DNA of 64,000 bases from Octopus sinensis (Eukaryota). Shown here in pieces: positions 51,247 through 63,800 of this stretch. The stretch's first letter is position 1. The number at the start of each line of letters is the position of its first letter. The position numbers were made by a program, and so were the translations under genes. Location: NCBI RefSeq assembly GCF_006345805.1, contig NC_043001.1:100812001-100876000 (forward strand), in the 5' to 3' direction. The notes beneath the pieces were generated by a model that ran no database searches, was not told where the DNA came from, and worked only from the letters and a program-made list of their open reading frames with translations.

Positions 51247-51431
51247 GTTATAATAAAAACAATTTTATTTTTAATCTGATGGCTTACTTTGTACTTTTAT
51301 AGAGTACAAACTTATTCTTACACAAGAATACTGTTGATAGTAACTTTGAAGTTTTGGCCAGTTAAGCCATCATTGCAATGTCTTAACTGAGCCCCAACTT
51401 CGAAGTCACTGTCAATAAAACTCTTTTTTAA
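51247..51431. mobile_element. Left copy of a ~185-bp inverted repeat with internal hairpin and partial hammerheads
   Basis: Reverse complement matches 52225-52414; retains AACTTCGAAGTC-ACTGTC at 51396-51413. Confidence 0.85.
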
Positions 51432-51447
51432 GAATAATATATCTATA

Positions 51448-51861
51448 GGCACAGTAGTAGCTGTGTGGTAAGTATAACAGCTTGCTTACCAACCACATGG
51501 TCCCGGGTTCAGTCCCACTGCGTGGCACCTTGGGCAAGTGTCTTCTACTATTGCCTTGGGCTGACCAAGCCCTTGTGAGTGGATTTGGTAGATAGAAACT
51601 GGAAGAAGCCTACCATGTATATTTATATATATGTATGTGTGTGTATATGTTTGTGTGTCTGTGTTTGTCCCCCCAACATCGCTTGACAACTGATGCTGGT
51701 GTGTTTATGTTCCCATAACTTAGCAGTTCAGAAAAAGAGACTGATAGAATAAGTACCAGGCTTACTCAGAATAAGTCCTGGGGTCTATTTGCTTGACTGA
51801 AAGCAGTGCTCCAGCATGGCCACACTCAAATGACTGAAACAAATAAAAGAGTAAAAGAGTA
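51448..51861 (+). mobile_element. tRNA/CORE-like SINE, full length
   Basis: GCTGTGTGGTAAG...GGGTTCAGTCCCACTGCGTGGCACCTTGGGCAAGTGTCTTCTAC...GTGCTCCAGCATGGCC...(AAAGAGT)n tail. Confidence 0.92.
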
Positions 51862-52224
51862 TATATATCTTATTATGTGTGTGTTTGTAGGTGTGTGAAT
51901 ATGTATGCGTGTATGTGTGAATATGTGAGTGTATGTGCATATGTGTGAATATGTGAGTGTATGTGTGTATGTGTGAATATGTGAGTGTATGTATATATGA
52001 GAGCATATGTGTATTCTGCATAAATTTGAACAAAAATTGTGTATGGGAAGTGTATTTTGGAAAGGCTGTGTATGTATTTTCAGATATTTTGTATATTTTT
52101 ATGTGTATTTATCTTTGAGAGGATTCCGTCCGTAATCAGAGAATACTTTCCATTGTATGAGATCAAAATATTCACACATACACTTTCACACACATAATAA
52201 GGTATATATATACATATCATTTTT

Positions 52225-52414
52225 AAACAAGGATATTGTTGACAGTGACTTCAAAGTTTGAGCCAGTCAAGCTATCATCAGACAGTCTGCTGATGGCTTA
52301 ACTCACCAAAACTTCAAAGTCACTATCAATAATATTCTTGTTTGGGAATAAGTTTGTACTCTACAAAAGTTTAGAGTAAGCCATCAGATTAATGTAAAAT
52401 TGTTTTTTTATAAC
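52225..52414. mobile_element. Right copy of the inverted repeat; 119-bp palindrome made of two back-to-back hammerhead motifs
   Basis: Hairpin 52225-52343 centred on A52284; plus strand gacagt CTGCTGA...AAAA CTTCAAAG TC actatc; minus strand gactgt CTGATGA...CAAA CTTTGAAG TC actgtc. Confidence 0.85.
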
Positions 52415-52427
52415 ATTTTATTGCATG

Positions 52428-52469
<42 letters not shown>

Positions 52470-53103
52470 ATGTGGGTGCGTAATTAGAGAATCGCTTTTG
52501 GCCCCAGATCAGTCCAAATTAGGCAGACCAACGACCACACACTATAAGTGTCCCTTCTTTGGCTTTTTTTGTATATATACAACAATGATAATCAGTATAT
52601 CTTTCCATTTATAAAACGGTGATGGTGATTTAAAGGAATTTGGCTGCTATTTCTTGTAGGTGAAGCAACCACTTCTTGACTCAATATCATTGTAAATTTT
52701 TAGATTGTTTTTATTAACAGAGGTCAGGGTTAGAATATACTTTGCTATTGGATACATGTGTGCATGTCTGTGATGAAGAAATATTCATGATTGTGGATGA
52801 GTGATCAGAGAAAATAATGGCATGTGTTACCTAGGCATATTTCAGTGTGAGTGTCTGTGTGTGTGTGCGTGTGTGTATATGTGTGTGCATGCATGCATGC
52901 TTGTGTGTTAGATGTGTGAGAATATTAAAGCTGTCTTGTCAATGTCTGTTGGCATCAGATTACTCTTTTCTAAGACAGGTTGACAATTAACATGAGGGGG
53001 AAGCATCTAAGTAATTTGACCCCAGTATATAATAAGATAAGTACAAACATGTAGAAATATTGAGGAGCAAAATTTGCATGCATCACTGAATGAATGGACA
53101 AAT

Positions 53104-53760
53104 CATCATCACCATCATCATGATCATCATCATTTATTGTCCATTTTCCATGCTGGCATGGGTTGGACAGTTTGACTGGGGTCTGGGAAGCCAGGAGGCT
53201 GCACCATGCTCCAGTCTTATCTAGCAGTGGTTCTACATCTGGATGCCCTTGCTAATACCAACCATTCTGAGAGTGTAATGGGGGCTTTTTGCGTGCCACT
53301 GGCACAGGGACCAGAGGGGGCTGGCAACAACCATAATTGGTTGGTGCTTTTTATGTGCCACTGGCACAGAAGCCAGTCAAGTTGGCACTGGCATCGACCA
53401 TGTTTGGATGGTGCTTTTTACATGTCACTGGCATCGACCATGTTTGGATGGTGCTTTTTACATGTCACTGGCACAGGGATCAACTTCAATTTCCATTTGA
53501 TTTTGATTTTGACTCAATAGTTCTCCTCAAGCACGACATGTCACCCTACAATCCAAGGTACTTCTGAGTGAACTGGTTATGTGACACTGGTGTAGGTTAC
53601 ACCTGTGAACTCACTTTATTTGCTGGGTCTTCTCAGTCATAGCATATCTCCTGAGGTCTCGGTCTTTTGTCATTGTCTCTGTGAGGCCCAACTTTCAAAG
53701 GCCATACTTCACCACCTCATTCCATGTCTTCCTGTGCCTATATGTACACCTAGGTAGACC
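53104..53760 (-). mobile_element. RTE C-terminus, 3' UTR repeat units and (GAT)n tail
   Basis: RKTWNEVVKYGL*KLGLTETMTKDRDLRRYAMTEKTQQIK*; exact 40-bp duplication at about 53389-53470. Confidence 0.85.
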
Positions 53761-54349
53761 AGGGCAACTGAATTCCAAATTATAACTTCTTGTTGAAAGC
53801 CAAATGAAATGCTTATGGTAGGGTAAAAAGCATCAAACTCTCAGTTGGTTGTATGCAATCCATTCATTTATTTGTGCATCTCTAGACTTATATGGCAGTA
53901 ATAAAATGGAAACCTGAAGGAAATACAACAAAAAACAACAGAAACTAAACAAAAAGAGAAAAAGAGACGAAAATGAATTAATAAAATTTCATTGAAAAAT
54001 CTTATCTGATTTAAGTTTCAGCCGAGGCACAATAACTGTGCTTTTAACTCCACATTAGACAAACGGTTCTCATAAAAGTAATTATTTCTTCTGTAAATAT
54101 TTCAAAATGTGGTTTTCATTCAAGAATTATCGCTACTCAGCAAATATGAATTGATGCTTCTGTGTGTGTGCATGTGTATGTGAGCAGAACATTTACTTTT
54201 GAATATAGGTACACACACACACAAACACACACACACATGCACACACACACAAACACTCACAGACACATGCAAATATATGCATGTATCTATATGTATGTAT
54301 ATATTCATACAGACATAGACACAAATTTAAGTGCATACATGCATACAAA

Positions 54350-54407
54350 CATACAACCATACCTACCTACCTACCTACCTACATGCATACATACATACAT
54401 ACATACA

Positions 54408-54443
<36 letters not shown>

Positions 54444-54535
54444 CATATATACATATATATATCAGAAAACATACAACCATACCTACCTACCTACCTACAT
54501 ACATACATACATACATACATACATACATACATACA

Positions 54536-54571
<36 letters not shown>

Positions 54572-54603
54572 TATATACATATATACATATATATATCAGA
54601 AAA
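54350..54603. repeat. Tandem duplication of a ~120-133-bp (TACC/TACA/TA) block
   Basis: CATACAACCATACC...ATCAGAAAA occurs twice in tandem. Confidence 0.9.
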
Positions 54604-56329
54604 TATATTAGATGTGTTATGTATTTATTTCAAAATATTACTGGATTTTATTTTCAAGTGTCCCTGCATTTTAATTGTACTTGTGTGTGTGTGTGTGTAT
54701 GTGTGCGTGACTGAATTATTGCTCTAAACATGAGCTTTTTTAATCATTTTTATTAAATATAAAACCATTTTGCTTAATCATTTTGCTCTCTCTATTTAAA
54801 TACACACAGAGACACATACAAACACAAGCACACACACTCACACACATACGCACACACACACGTATCATCATCATCATCATCATCATCATCAACAGCAGCA
54901 TTAGCAGCAGCAGTATATCGCTAACTGTTCACTTTCCAAGCTGGCGTGAGATGGAGAGTTCCACAGGATCCATCAATGCTGTTTGGTTCCAGTATCTCAC
55001 TGTTTTTAACAGGTAAGTGCCCTTCCTTATGTCAGCCACTTTACAGAAGGTACCAAATGCTTTTCTTATGCATAAGCACCAGTGAGGCCACTTTCTGTCT
55101 TGCAACATTGCAAACGTCCTCACAACAGGAGAAGAAGTGATTTGAGTGAGTTGTTCAGAAGTTAAAGTTCAGAAGTCAAAGAACAGTCAACAGAATTTTA
55201 TGGGGCAGGGATACATGCTCTCATTCGAAGGTGGAACATTGCTATTCAGAGAAACTGTGACTATGTTGAGAAGTAAGGATATGATCCACAGAGGACCAGC
55301 TTCATTTTGATGTATGATACATGTTCCTGTATTGGTGATTATACCTGTCCTAAACAAAATGGCATTACTTTTTGACTCACTCTCGTATAACAGGAGAAAT
55401 AGGTTTACTGTGATGAGAGGGTGTTTGTGGGAGAACTTACAGAGACGGTGTTGTTGGAGTGGGGTGGGGGGGATAAAAGGGAAAGGGAAGGATTAGCATG
55501 AAAGTTTAAAGAGAGTAAGATGTGGTGGGCGAAATAAGGAGGAGAGTAGGATGTGTTGAGGGCAATGCATGTTTTATAGGTGAAGGGCAAATGAAATGCT
55601 GACAGGAAGAAAAATTGAGATGACTGTAATGAAAAGATCGAGAGAAGCTTAGGTTAACATAACCAATAATGTGAATGGAAGAGAATGTTGTGACAAAATA
55701 ATGAGGAAGACTGATTAAAGCTTGCAGGAGTGAGAAAAAGGAGAGTAGGGGGAGAGAAATAGTTAAATAGGTGAGAAGATAGTCAAAGGTGAATAAATAT
55801 GTGGAGGTCAATGGTAAAAAGGAGAAATGGGAAACTGTAGGAAGAGGCTTGGGGTAGAGGGAGTTATGGCTGGCTATACAGAAAGGCAGCTGATAGATAT
55901 AATAATGTGTTCTTTGAAAAGTTTATGTATCATTCTACAAGGGGAACTATACCCATAGAATTGTTCAGTTTTGAACATCCCAATTCATTCAAATAAGCAG
56001 TATTTCAAGGATATGATTAAGAAATCAGAACATCTTATTTATAGAACGAAGTGACATTCTCTTATATCTTTGAGTTTGGATATAGATTATACTGGAACAG
56101 TTTCAAAGCAGTACAAAAACTAAATCAGTAACAGACACGTAACAAACTTTTATCTCTTCTCAACGATTTCAATGATTGCCTTCACAAATGCGACTGCACA
56201 CGCCACACTGTATGTCACACTGTCAGTATACATACCCCTGTATAAGGTTTAGGACAGTTCACTTGCTATCCCACAGGGGTGTCAGGATTTCACCACAACA
56301 CATTCTGATCTTTTTCTCATGAGAATATT

Positions 56330-57560
56330 GCTGGACAATCTTGATTGCATGAATGGATTTGAATCTACAACAAATCCTCCATCAATTAAGGATTTAGAAC
56401 CTTTTGAAATGGACCTTTTTTGAAATGATAAGTAAAATAGATAACAGAAACTGAACAATAGTTTCCAAGGTCTCTCAAAAAAGTTTCTGTGGAATTCTGA
56501 TGAAATAACACAACTGATACTAATAAGAAGGTGGAACAAACTTTACACTACAAGGTGAATCGAGAAGCAAATTATTGTTGCCTACCTAAATGTTCAGCTG
56601 AGAATGAAATAGCTTCTTCTATGCAAACTTTTAAGGACCAGAAAGTTTAGTCTTTAGTGCAACTTTAAATGTAGGCTCATAAAAACCAGACTAAAACCAA
56701 AACAGGTATAATTAGTAAAAATATTTTAGATTCATTTTCACTTTGGAGTGGAAATGTTATAGATTTTCACATACTAGACAAAAATTGTGTTTGTTATAAA
56801 TTGAACATATTACCAAAAAACAGAACTATGGATTTATTCTGTTGATATTGTGAACTTTTACTGAGTGGTAATAAGGTTTCTACTTTTAAAAGACCTGGAT
56901 TTTGCTTGGACACATCAGTGACTTGGACGCTGGTATCATCCTGCATGCCAAATAATCATTATTGCTTTATCTGTATCGGCTTTATCTGTATCAAGAAAAA
57001 ATGGTGACGCATTTTCGATGTGCCTATGGATGCGTGTGAGAGCAGAATTATATATTCTTGCAGAGACATATATTCCAGATTGTCTATATTCAGAATTTCC
57101 ATCTTCTGAGATGACAGTTTCATTGTTACCAACAACTTGAGTGAAAATGAGCATGGCTAGACTTGGGAAGGCCGTTACTGCACATGGCACTTAAAGATTA
57201 TTATAGACACGAACCGTAATTGTGTCCACTTCTTAGATATTCACTTTAGATCTACATTCCAAGAGTTTTAGGGTTTACTGCCAGCCTAATGAAAAGCACT
57301 TTTAAAAATGCATCTTTGCCCATCAATGATGCCTTAAGGAATGGCGGATTCTCTGACCAAATCTATTGTGTTTTCAGTGAAAATAATGCAACACGATCTC
57401 ACAGAACTAAGGTCAGTTGGCAGATATATAGTTATATACATATTGTGGGATTCAGAACAATTTCCATCCACCAAAATTCACTTGCAAGGCATTATTTGAC
57501 ACGAAATTATATTGGAGGCATTTGCTCCAAGATAACACAAAGTGTGAGTGAAGGCAAAAC
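56330..57560 (+). mobile_element. PLE (Neptune-like) RT relic, ~1.2 kb
   Basis: GFESTTNPPSIKDLEPFEMD, ILHAK*SLL, FDVPM, RDDSF, LKIIIDTNRNCVHFLDI, RVYCQPNE and ALRNGGF. Confidence 0.8.
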
Positions 57561-58876
57561 CCAAACGTTTGTGAGGTAAATTTCTCAACGACATGTGTGA
57601 AGACACACACATACATAGATATGGCCAAATACCTACACATATATGTATGAGTGCTTCTTGTTCTGCATAAACATATTTACACAGCTATAACAAATACAAG
57701 AGAAAAAAATAAAGAGAACAATACGAAGCATAATGAGGGAATATTCCAAACCTATTCAACTCCTTTTACGAATATTAATATGCAGAAACAGGGGAACACA
57801 CACATATTGGCATTTACAAAGAAACTCAGAGACGCAAGAATTTTAATTCAATCACACACACACACACACACACATACATATGTATGTATATATATATATA
57901 TACATACATATGTATATATATATATATATCTATATATGCATATATATATATATATATATTATATATATACATATATATATATATTATATATATATATATG
58001 TATATATATGTATGTATATATCTATATATATGCATGTATATATATATGTGTGCGTGTGTGTATGTTTGTTTGTATGTACAAATAGCATTCTACATATTAT
58101 ATCTCCAAGCAGGCAAATTTCGGAAGAATGATTTATTTTTCAAATTTAGTTAATTCTGCTTCATGATTTGGGTAGAATTTGGACAAAGAACTTCTGCTGT
58201 TTTTCTATTCTATTCTAAGTTAAAATTTGTTTAATTCACCTGCTTGTTACGGTTGACATTATCATAGTTTGATTTTATGTTTGTCATAAATATAAAATAA
58301 AAGAAATCATTATAATTTGTATTGACATCAGGCACTGGAGTGGCAGAAAATGGCAGTGTGATGAACATAACACCTTTTTTTTTTATTGTTTAGAACATGC
58401 AATGTACACAATAATGTTGTTGGTTCTAGGTTTCCATCAGGCCAATGATTGGTTCATTTAATTTCTAGTGGTGAGAATAACAAAGGAATGTCGGTGTAAT
58501 TCTGGAATAAAAAGTACCAGAGGCTGTTTTCGCTCAGTGCAAGGATTTATCAGCAACTTGTCCCAGATGTGTACATCTCTTACCAACACACTGTCAACAC
58601 TCATATATGAGAAACTTCAACATAGTTTCCTTCTGCCATATTTTACTCGTATGACAATGGTCAACCAAAAAGTATCCTAAAAATACTCGCTGAAAGCTCA
58701 ATGGAATCGAATTGAGAAACACGGAATAGCAAAACGAACTCCTGTATTCCATTTACACTGCAGTCAATTTGTGCCTTTCATTGTTTTGTAGTCAGTCAAA
58801 ATAATCTCTCCACTCTGAGAGTGATTCTTGGGTGCTACTTCTTTTTCCTCTGATTCACCAACATGAAATCATATCG

Positions 58877-58990
58877 GTTTCCATTTTTTGGCACAAAGGC
58901 CAACAATTTTTTTTTTTGGCAGGGTGGGATAAGTTGATTACATTAACCACAGTGCATTACTGGTACTTGTTTCATCAACCCTGAAAGGTT
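58877..58990 (-). mobile_element. Meta-like SINE 3' fragment
   Basis: GGCACAAAGGCCAACAATT...ACTGGTAC...CCCTGAAAGG. Confidence 0.65.
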
Positions 58991-59063
58991 CAAACATTTT
59001 GACAAACAAGATCGATATTTTCAATCTTGATTGCAAGGAAAAAGGAACACAGGTATAATAATG

Positions 59064-59097
<34 letters not shown>

Positions 59098-59113
59098 TAA
59101 TAATAATAATAAT

Positions 59114-59491
59114 AGTAAATATAAAGACCTGCTAATAGAAATTGAAAAAATGTGGCATCTCAAGGCGACTACAGTACCAGTGATTGTAGGATCTCTAGGA
59201 ATGATAAAAAAAAGGTACTGAAACCTATTTGAAAATGATTCCAGGCTTACCATCCCTACAGGAAGTGCAAAAAATCGTATTAACTGGAACGGCTCATGTA
59301 CTGAGGAGAGCATTATCGCTGTGAAAACAACATCCATCCATGAATTTATTTATTTATTAATTTTAAATACATATTTTATCTGTGAATTTGTGTGTGTAAT
59401 CTGGGAATGCATACAATGCCCTTCTCTACCCTAGGTGTATGGAAAACACTCAGTGAGAAACGGAAGAAAATTTGAAGAAAGAAGGAAAAAA
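59114..59491 (+). mobile_element. R4/Dong non-LTR retrotransposon, 5'-truncated, within (TAA)n
   Basis: SKYKDLLIEIEKMWHLKATTVPVIVGSLGMIKK (+1 slip in an A8 run) GTETYLKMIPGLPSLQEVQKIVLTGTAHVLRRALSL* (stop 59322-24); 3' UTR; (TAA)n on both sides. Confidence 0.9.
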
Positions 59492-59506
59492 CATAATAAT
59501 AATAAT

Positions 59507-59573
<67 letters not shown>

Positions 59574-59719
59574 GTAATAACGTTTTTAGACATGTAACTT
59601 AAGGCAGAAATTAGCATTAATCTAATAGCTTTTGTAACCAGAATACTTTGCTAACATTAATTGAAGCCACCCCACCAAAGACGGATACAACAACGACCTT
59701 CAAACTTGTCTTTGAATAT

Positions 59720-60620
59720 TCCAGAAAATAGTGCAGCAAAACAAATAGAAAGTTTCATCTGAAGACTAAGATGGAGAATCTACCACCACAAACACCACAA
59801 ACACTACAAACATGATGAATATCCATGGATTGAAGGCAGTTGAATGTCCACTCTTTAATCCATTACAACAATCTTTAGAAGATGAACCATTCGAAATGAT
59901 CAAGGAAATGAGATCAAACAAATGAACGAACACAGTGTGGAGAGAGAGCTGAAGCAGAAAATCGACAACAAAAAAGAAGCTCAAATTTGTTTGGAAAATT
60001 GAACAAGACAAGCATTATCTACCAGATGATTCAAGCTTCTTACAACTGTTTCCCTCCTAGCACAACCTCTAACACATACAAAAACAAAAGCAAAATGTAT
60101 GTCTTTAAATTACTTAAACGCCACAGCCAAAAATATAACCACAAACTTAAAAATTTAAGACAGCAGCTAACTTATCACCCAAATGCCAATATAGCAATAC
60201 TGCGGCTCATAAACCTAACTTCCATAACAATTCTACTGTCAAACTAATAAACAGCCAGACTTGGGCATCATTAAAAAATCATCGGTCCGTTTATGTCCAA
60301 AATAGAAGTACACTCGATATTACCAACCGTTCCTTCAGTATAAAAAGAAATGTCATGACCTGAATTTGGCCTTGATTGTTACACTTTTACTTCCACACAT
60401 CACTGAACCCCAAACAGTAATAAAATTCCTATCTTAAACCAAAATAAACTTCCTCACTCCTTCCTCTTCAATTGCTATCTGCACCCACCCTAATTACATT
60501 TGGGGGCATCTCCAGAACTCCTAAAAAAACAACTTGGCAGTTGTCTATATAAAAGCAAAAACGAATGAAATCAAGCACAGTCTGATGAAGGCAAGCAAGC
60601 CAAAATTCAAAGACACTGTC
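59720..60620 (+). mobile_element. PLE relic: N-terminal RT region and hammerhead-bearing end
   Basis: IESFI*RLRWRI, LEDEPFEMIKEM, KLNKTSIIY and RLINLTSI; HHR at 60577-60619: acagt CTGATGA a ggc(aagcaa)gcc AAAA ttcaaag AC actgt. Confidence 0.7.
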
Positions 60621-60659
60621 AAACTTTTCTTTGAAATATATATATATATATATATATAT

Positions 60660-60940
60660 CATCATCATCATCATCATCATCATCGTTTAACGTCCGCTTT
60701 CCATGCTAGCATGGGTTGGACGATTTGACTGAGGTCTGGTTCGCCAGACTCCAATCTGATCTAGCAGAGTTTCTACAGCTGGATGCCCTTCCTAACGCCA
60801 AAAAAAGTGGGTGCTTTTACGTGCCACCAGCACGAGAGTCAGTTAGGTGGTACTGGCATCGGCCATGCTCAAATGTTGCTTTTTATGTACCACCTGCACA
60901 GGAGCCAGTCCAGCGGCACTGGCAACGACCTCGTTCAAAT
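60660..60940 (-). mobile_element. RTE 3' end with (GAT)n tail, young copy
   Basis: CATCATCGTTTAACGTCCGCTTTCCATGCTAGCATGGGTTGGACG...CTGGATGCCCTTCCTAACGCC. Confidence 0.92.
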
Positions 60941-61038
60941 AATATATATTGTTAATGTATTATATATCTGAAAAAGAAGCAAATTCTAAAGCATAGAGCA
61001 GTAATGTATTTATAGGTAGTAAAGTCTACTTCTGGTGA

Positions 61039-61102
61039 TAGAGTGACCAATGGTTTCGCACCCATAAAGGGCTTAGCCCCATGGACATCTCGTCAGACTC
61101 TA
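61039..61102 (-). ncRNA. Type-I hammerhead ribozyme with intact catalytic core
   Basis: tagagt CTGACGA gatgtccatggggctaagccctttatgggtgc GAAA cc(att)gg TC actcta: 6-bp helix I, G10.1-C11.1 pair, GUC triplet. Confidence 0.85.
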
Positions 61103-62652
61103 AAGCTGAAGACAAACGTAACTTTTCATCTCTGCCTCCCAGAGGCATATGACTGGACATAGACTTAATTACATAGAAATAAAAAGATATGTATAACGTT
61201 ATATTATATTATATTGTATTGTATACACTTTGTTGCTAAAATTTGCAAACCCCAAATTGTCATAGTGTCTATTTATATCACAATCAACTGGAAATCGCAT
61301 TAGGTATGTGGTTCAGTTCTTGTTTCATTGCATGAACCTTCACCCCTTTAAGGATAAGAGTGGGACTGGAATTTAAACAAAAACGGTTTTAATCATAGCA
61401 ATATTACCGATTTAAGCTAGAGAAGGATCTAGATAGATTGTAGTGATGAAGTGCACAATACAACAGCTCATGCCATTCATTTTGAACTGTTGTTGTTGAG
61501 TCAGTAAAACGTATATAACAGTTATATCTGAAAGAACGTAATATTTGTGCCACTACTTAAAAAAAAAGCAAACACATTCTGCTACTTGCACAATCGGCAG
61601 CCAAATGCTTCGAAGTATTAATATTTGGAAGTAGTTTCAGAAGAGATAGCAATCATATTTCATTGAACCCTATTTTTATTTTAGAACAAGAACTAAAAGA
61701 GATGTTGATTAGATAAGAGAAATTTAGGAAGGAAAAAAGTAGAAAGAGCGGATAAGATAAACTGTAGTAGTGGTGGTTGAAGGAGAGAGAAGTGGAGGCT
61801 GAGGCGGTGGTAGTGGTGATGGGAGTGGAGAAAGATAAATCGGAGAAGGAGAGATATTGAATAACAACAAAGCTGACCTGCAGGAATTGCAGATAAGAGG
61901 CACTAAAATTGTAGTTTTTCTGCGAATTTGGAAATAGTAAGAGTTATATATATACATATATATATATGTACAAGCACACATTCAAATGCATGCGCATATC
62001 TTTGTGTGCACATGTATGTATATATATATATATGTATATATGTATATGTATGTATATATATATATGTATGTATATATGTATATTTGTATGAATATTTACA
62101 TATTTGTATGTATATATATATGTTAAATATATATATATATGTATGTATATATGTGTGTGTGTGTATGTATATATATATATACATACATAGAATATGTACA
62201 TGTATATATTTATAAATATATGCATACACACATACAAGCATGCATACATTCACATTATATATTTATAAAACATCAACACCGACAACAACGTTAGTGATAA
62301 TAATAATATTTTTCTTTATGAGCCACAGGGTCTGAAAGAGATACAAAAAATACGAAACTTTCACTAAAAGCTACAAGGAAAGAGAGGATAATGTGGAGCG
62401 TTGAAAATACCTTTACAAATTAAGAAGAGAGGTAATAAGAGATGTTACACAATACACAGAAAGATGCATTAAGAATACTAAAGGTATGCATACACACACA
62501 CGCACACATATGTGTTCATTTTTCTCTCCAAACACTCACACACACACGCATGCATGCACCCATGCACGCGTGCATACATACATACATACATACATACATA
62601 CATGCATACATACATACATACAAACACAAATTCATACACATATATTTACATG

Positions 62653-62793
62653 TAGCGGTTCGGCAAAAGAGACCGATAGAATAAGTACTGGGCTTACAAA
62701 GAATAAGTCCCGGGGTTGATTTGCTCGACTAAAGGCGGTGCTCCAGCATGGCCGCAGTCAAATGACTGAAACAAGTAAAAGAGTAAAAGAGTA
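62653..62793 (+). mobile_element. CORE-like SINE 3' fragment, young (CpGs retained)
   Basis: TAGCGGTTCGGCAAAAGAGACCGATAGAATAAGTAC...GGCGGTGCTCCAGCATGGCCGCAG...(AAAGAGT)2. Confidence 0.9.
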
Positions 62794-63379
62794 CATAATA
62801 ATTAAAACATGATATGATTTAAAGAACAAAACATGAAAGATTTTTGTGGGGGGTTGAACTGGGCCCTCTTCTCAAATTGTCTTTAAATGCAATGAAATGC
62901 ACCACCAAGTAGTTTGTGAGACATTTGGCCTTGAAAAGTTACAGGATTGTTTTTGTTTTAAATTCGGGCAAAATGTCTTGATTTTAATTTTACTTGAAAT
63001 CTATCTGTTCCCTATTGTTTATATCCCTGAACTCAATTGCTTAGGTCGGTGGCACCCAAGAGGAATAACTTTGTCTATCAACTGTTAATTTGATTTCTGA
63101 AGAATGGTGAATCATTGTTCATTTTATTCTTTTCGTTTTCTCCATTATTTTCCTAGGGAGGGATTCATTGTTGAGTAGGAGACATTATTCCACCTATTTC
63201 GTTGTTTCATGTTTAGTCTTCTCTGAGATTCAATTCCTATTTTTTTCTCTTTTCACTAAGCATTTTTGAATTTCATCTTCACCTATTATTATTTCCTCTT
63301 CATCACACAACTGAAGTGTGGTATTACAGGTTGGTGTTGTTAGGAGGGAGGCATTTGCTCATCTGTTTGAGATTCATGG

Positions 63380-63800
63380 CCAAACAGCATTTGCCATCCC
63401 CAGAGATTTTGATTAGTGGTGCTCTAGACTTTGCTCTTTGTTATTTTTCCTTTATGTTTTTGTTTACTCTTCTTAGTTTTACCAAACACTCAATCTTACG
63501 ATGTATTTTACTCAAATACAGCACCTAGGCTTTCTTCCCTGTATCACTAATCTTATGGCCTTTTCTTGGCCCTCTCTGCCTTGCACAGTTTCGATAATGC
63601 TCTGTTGTCTTCAGGTGTCTTTAGAATTTGCAAGTGCTTTTCAGTGCCCCTGATCACTGTTCACCTTTCATTACATTGCCTTAATTATTCTCCCTTACCA
63701 AAGCACAAAAGTCAGTCACTGTTAGCCATGGGTCTAAGTCATTTCTAATGCCTTTTATAAGAACTCTTGTATTTCTTTGACCCAGATACTGGAACACAAA
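63380..63800 (-). mobile_element. LINE ORF1 relic with zinc knuckle
   Basis: QYLGQRNTRVLIKG...IRLVIQGRKPRCCI then (frameshift) SKIHRKIEC resembles V.VEGR.P.CxxC...H....C. Confidence 0.5.

Noticed and set aside
51272-51312. CTGATGG plus hairpin plus CAAAC in the outer arm of the 51-52 kb repeat
   Set aside because: Both copies share the non-canonical bases, so no canonical core can be reconstructed
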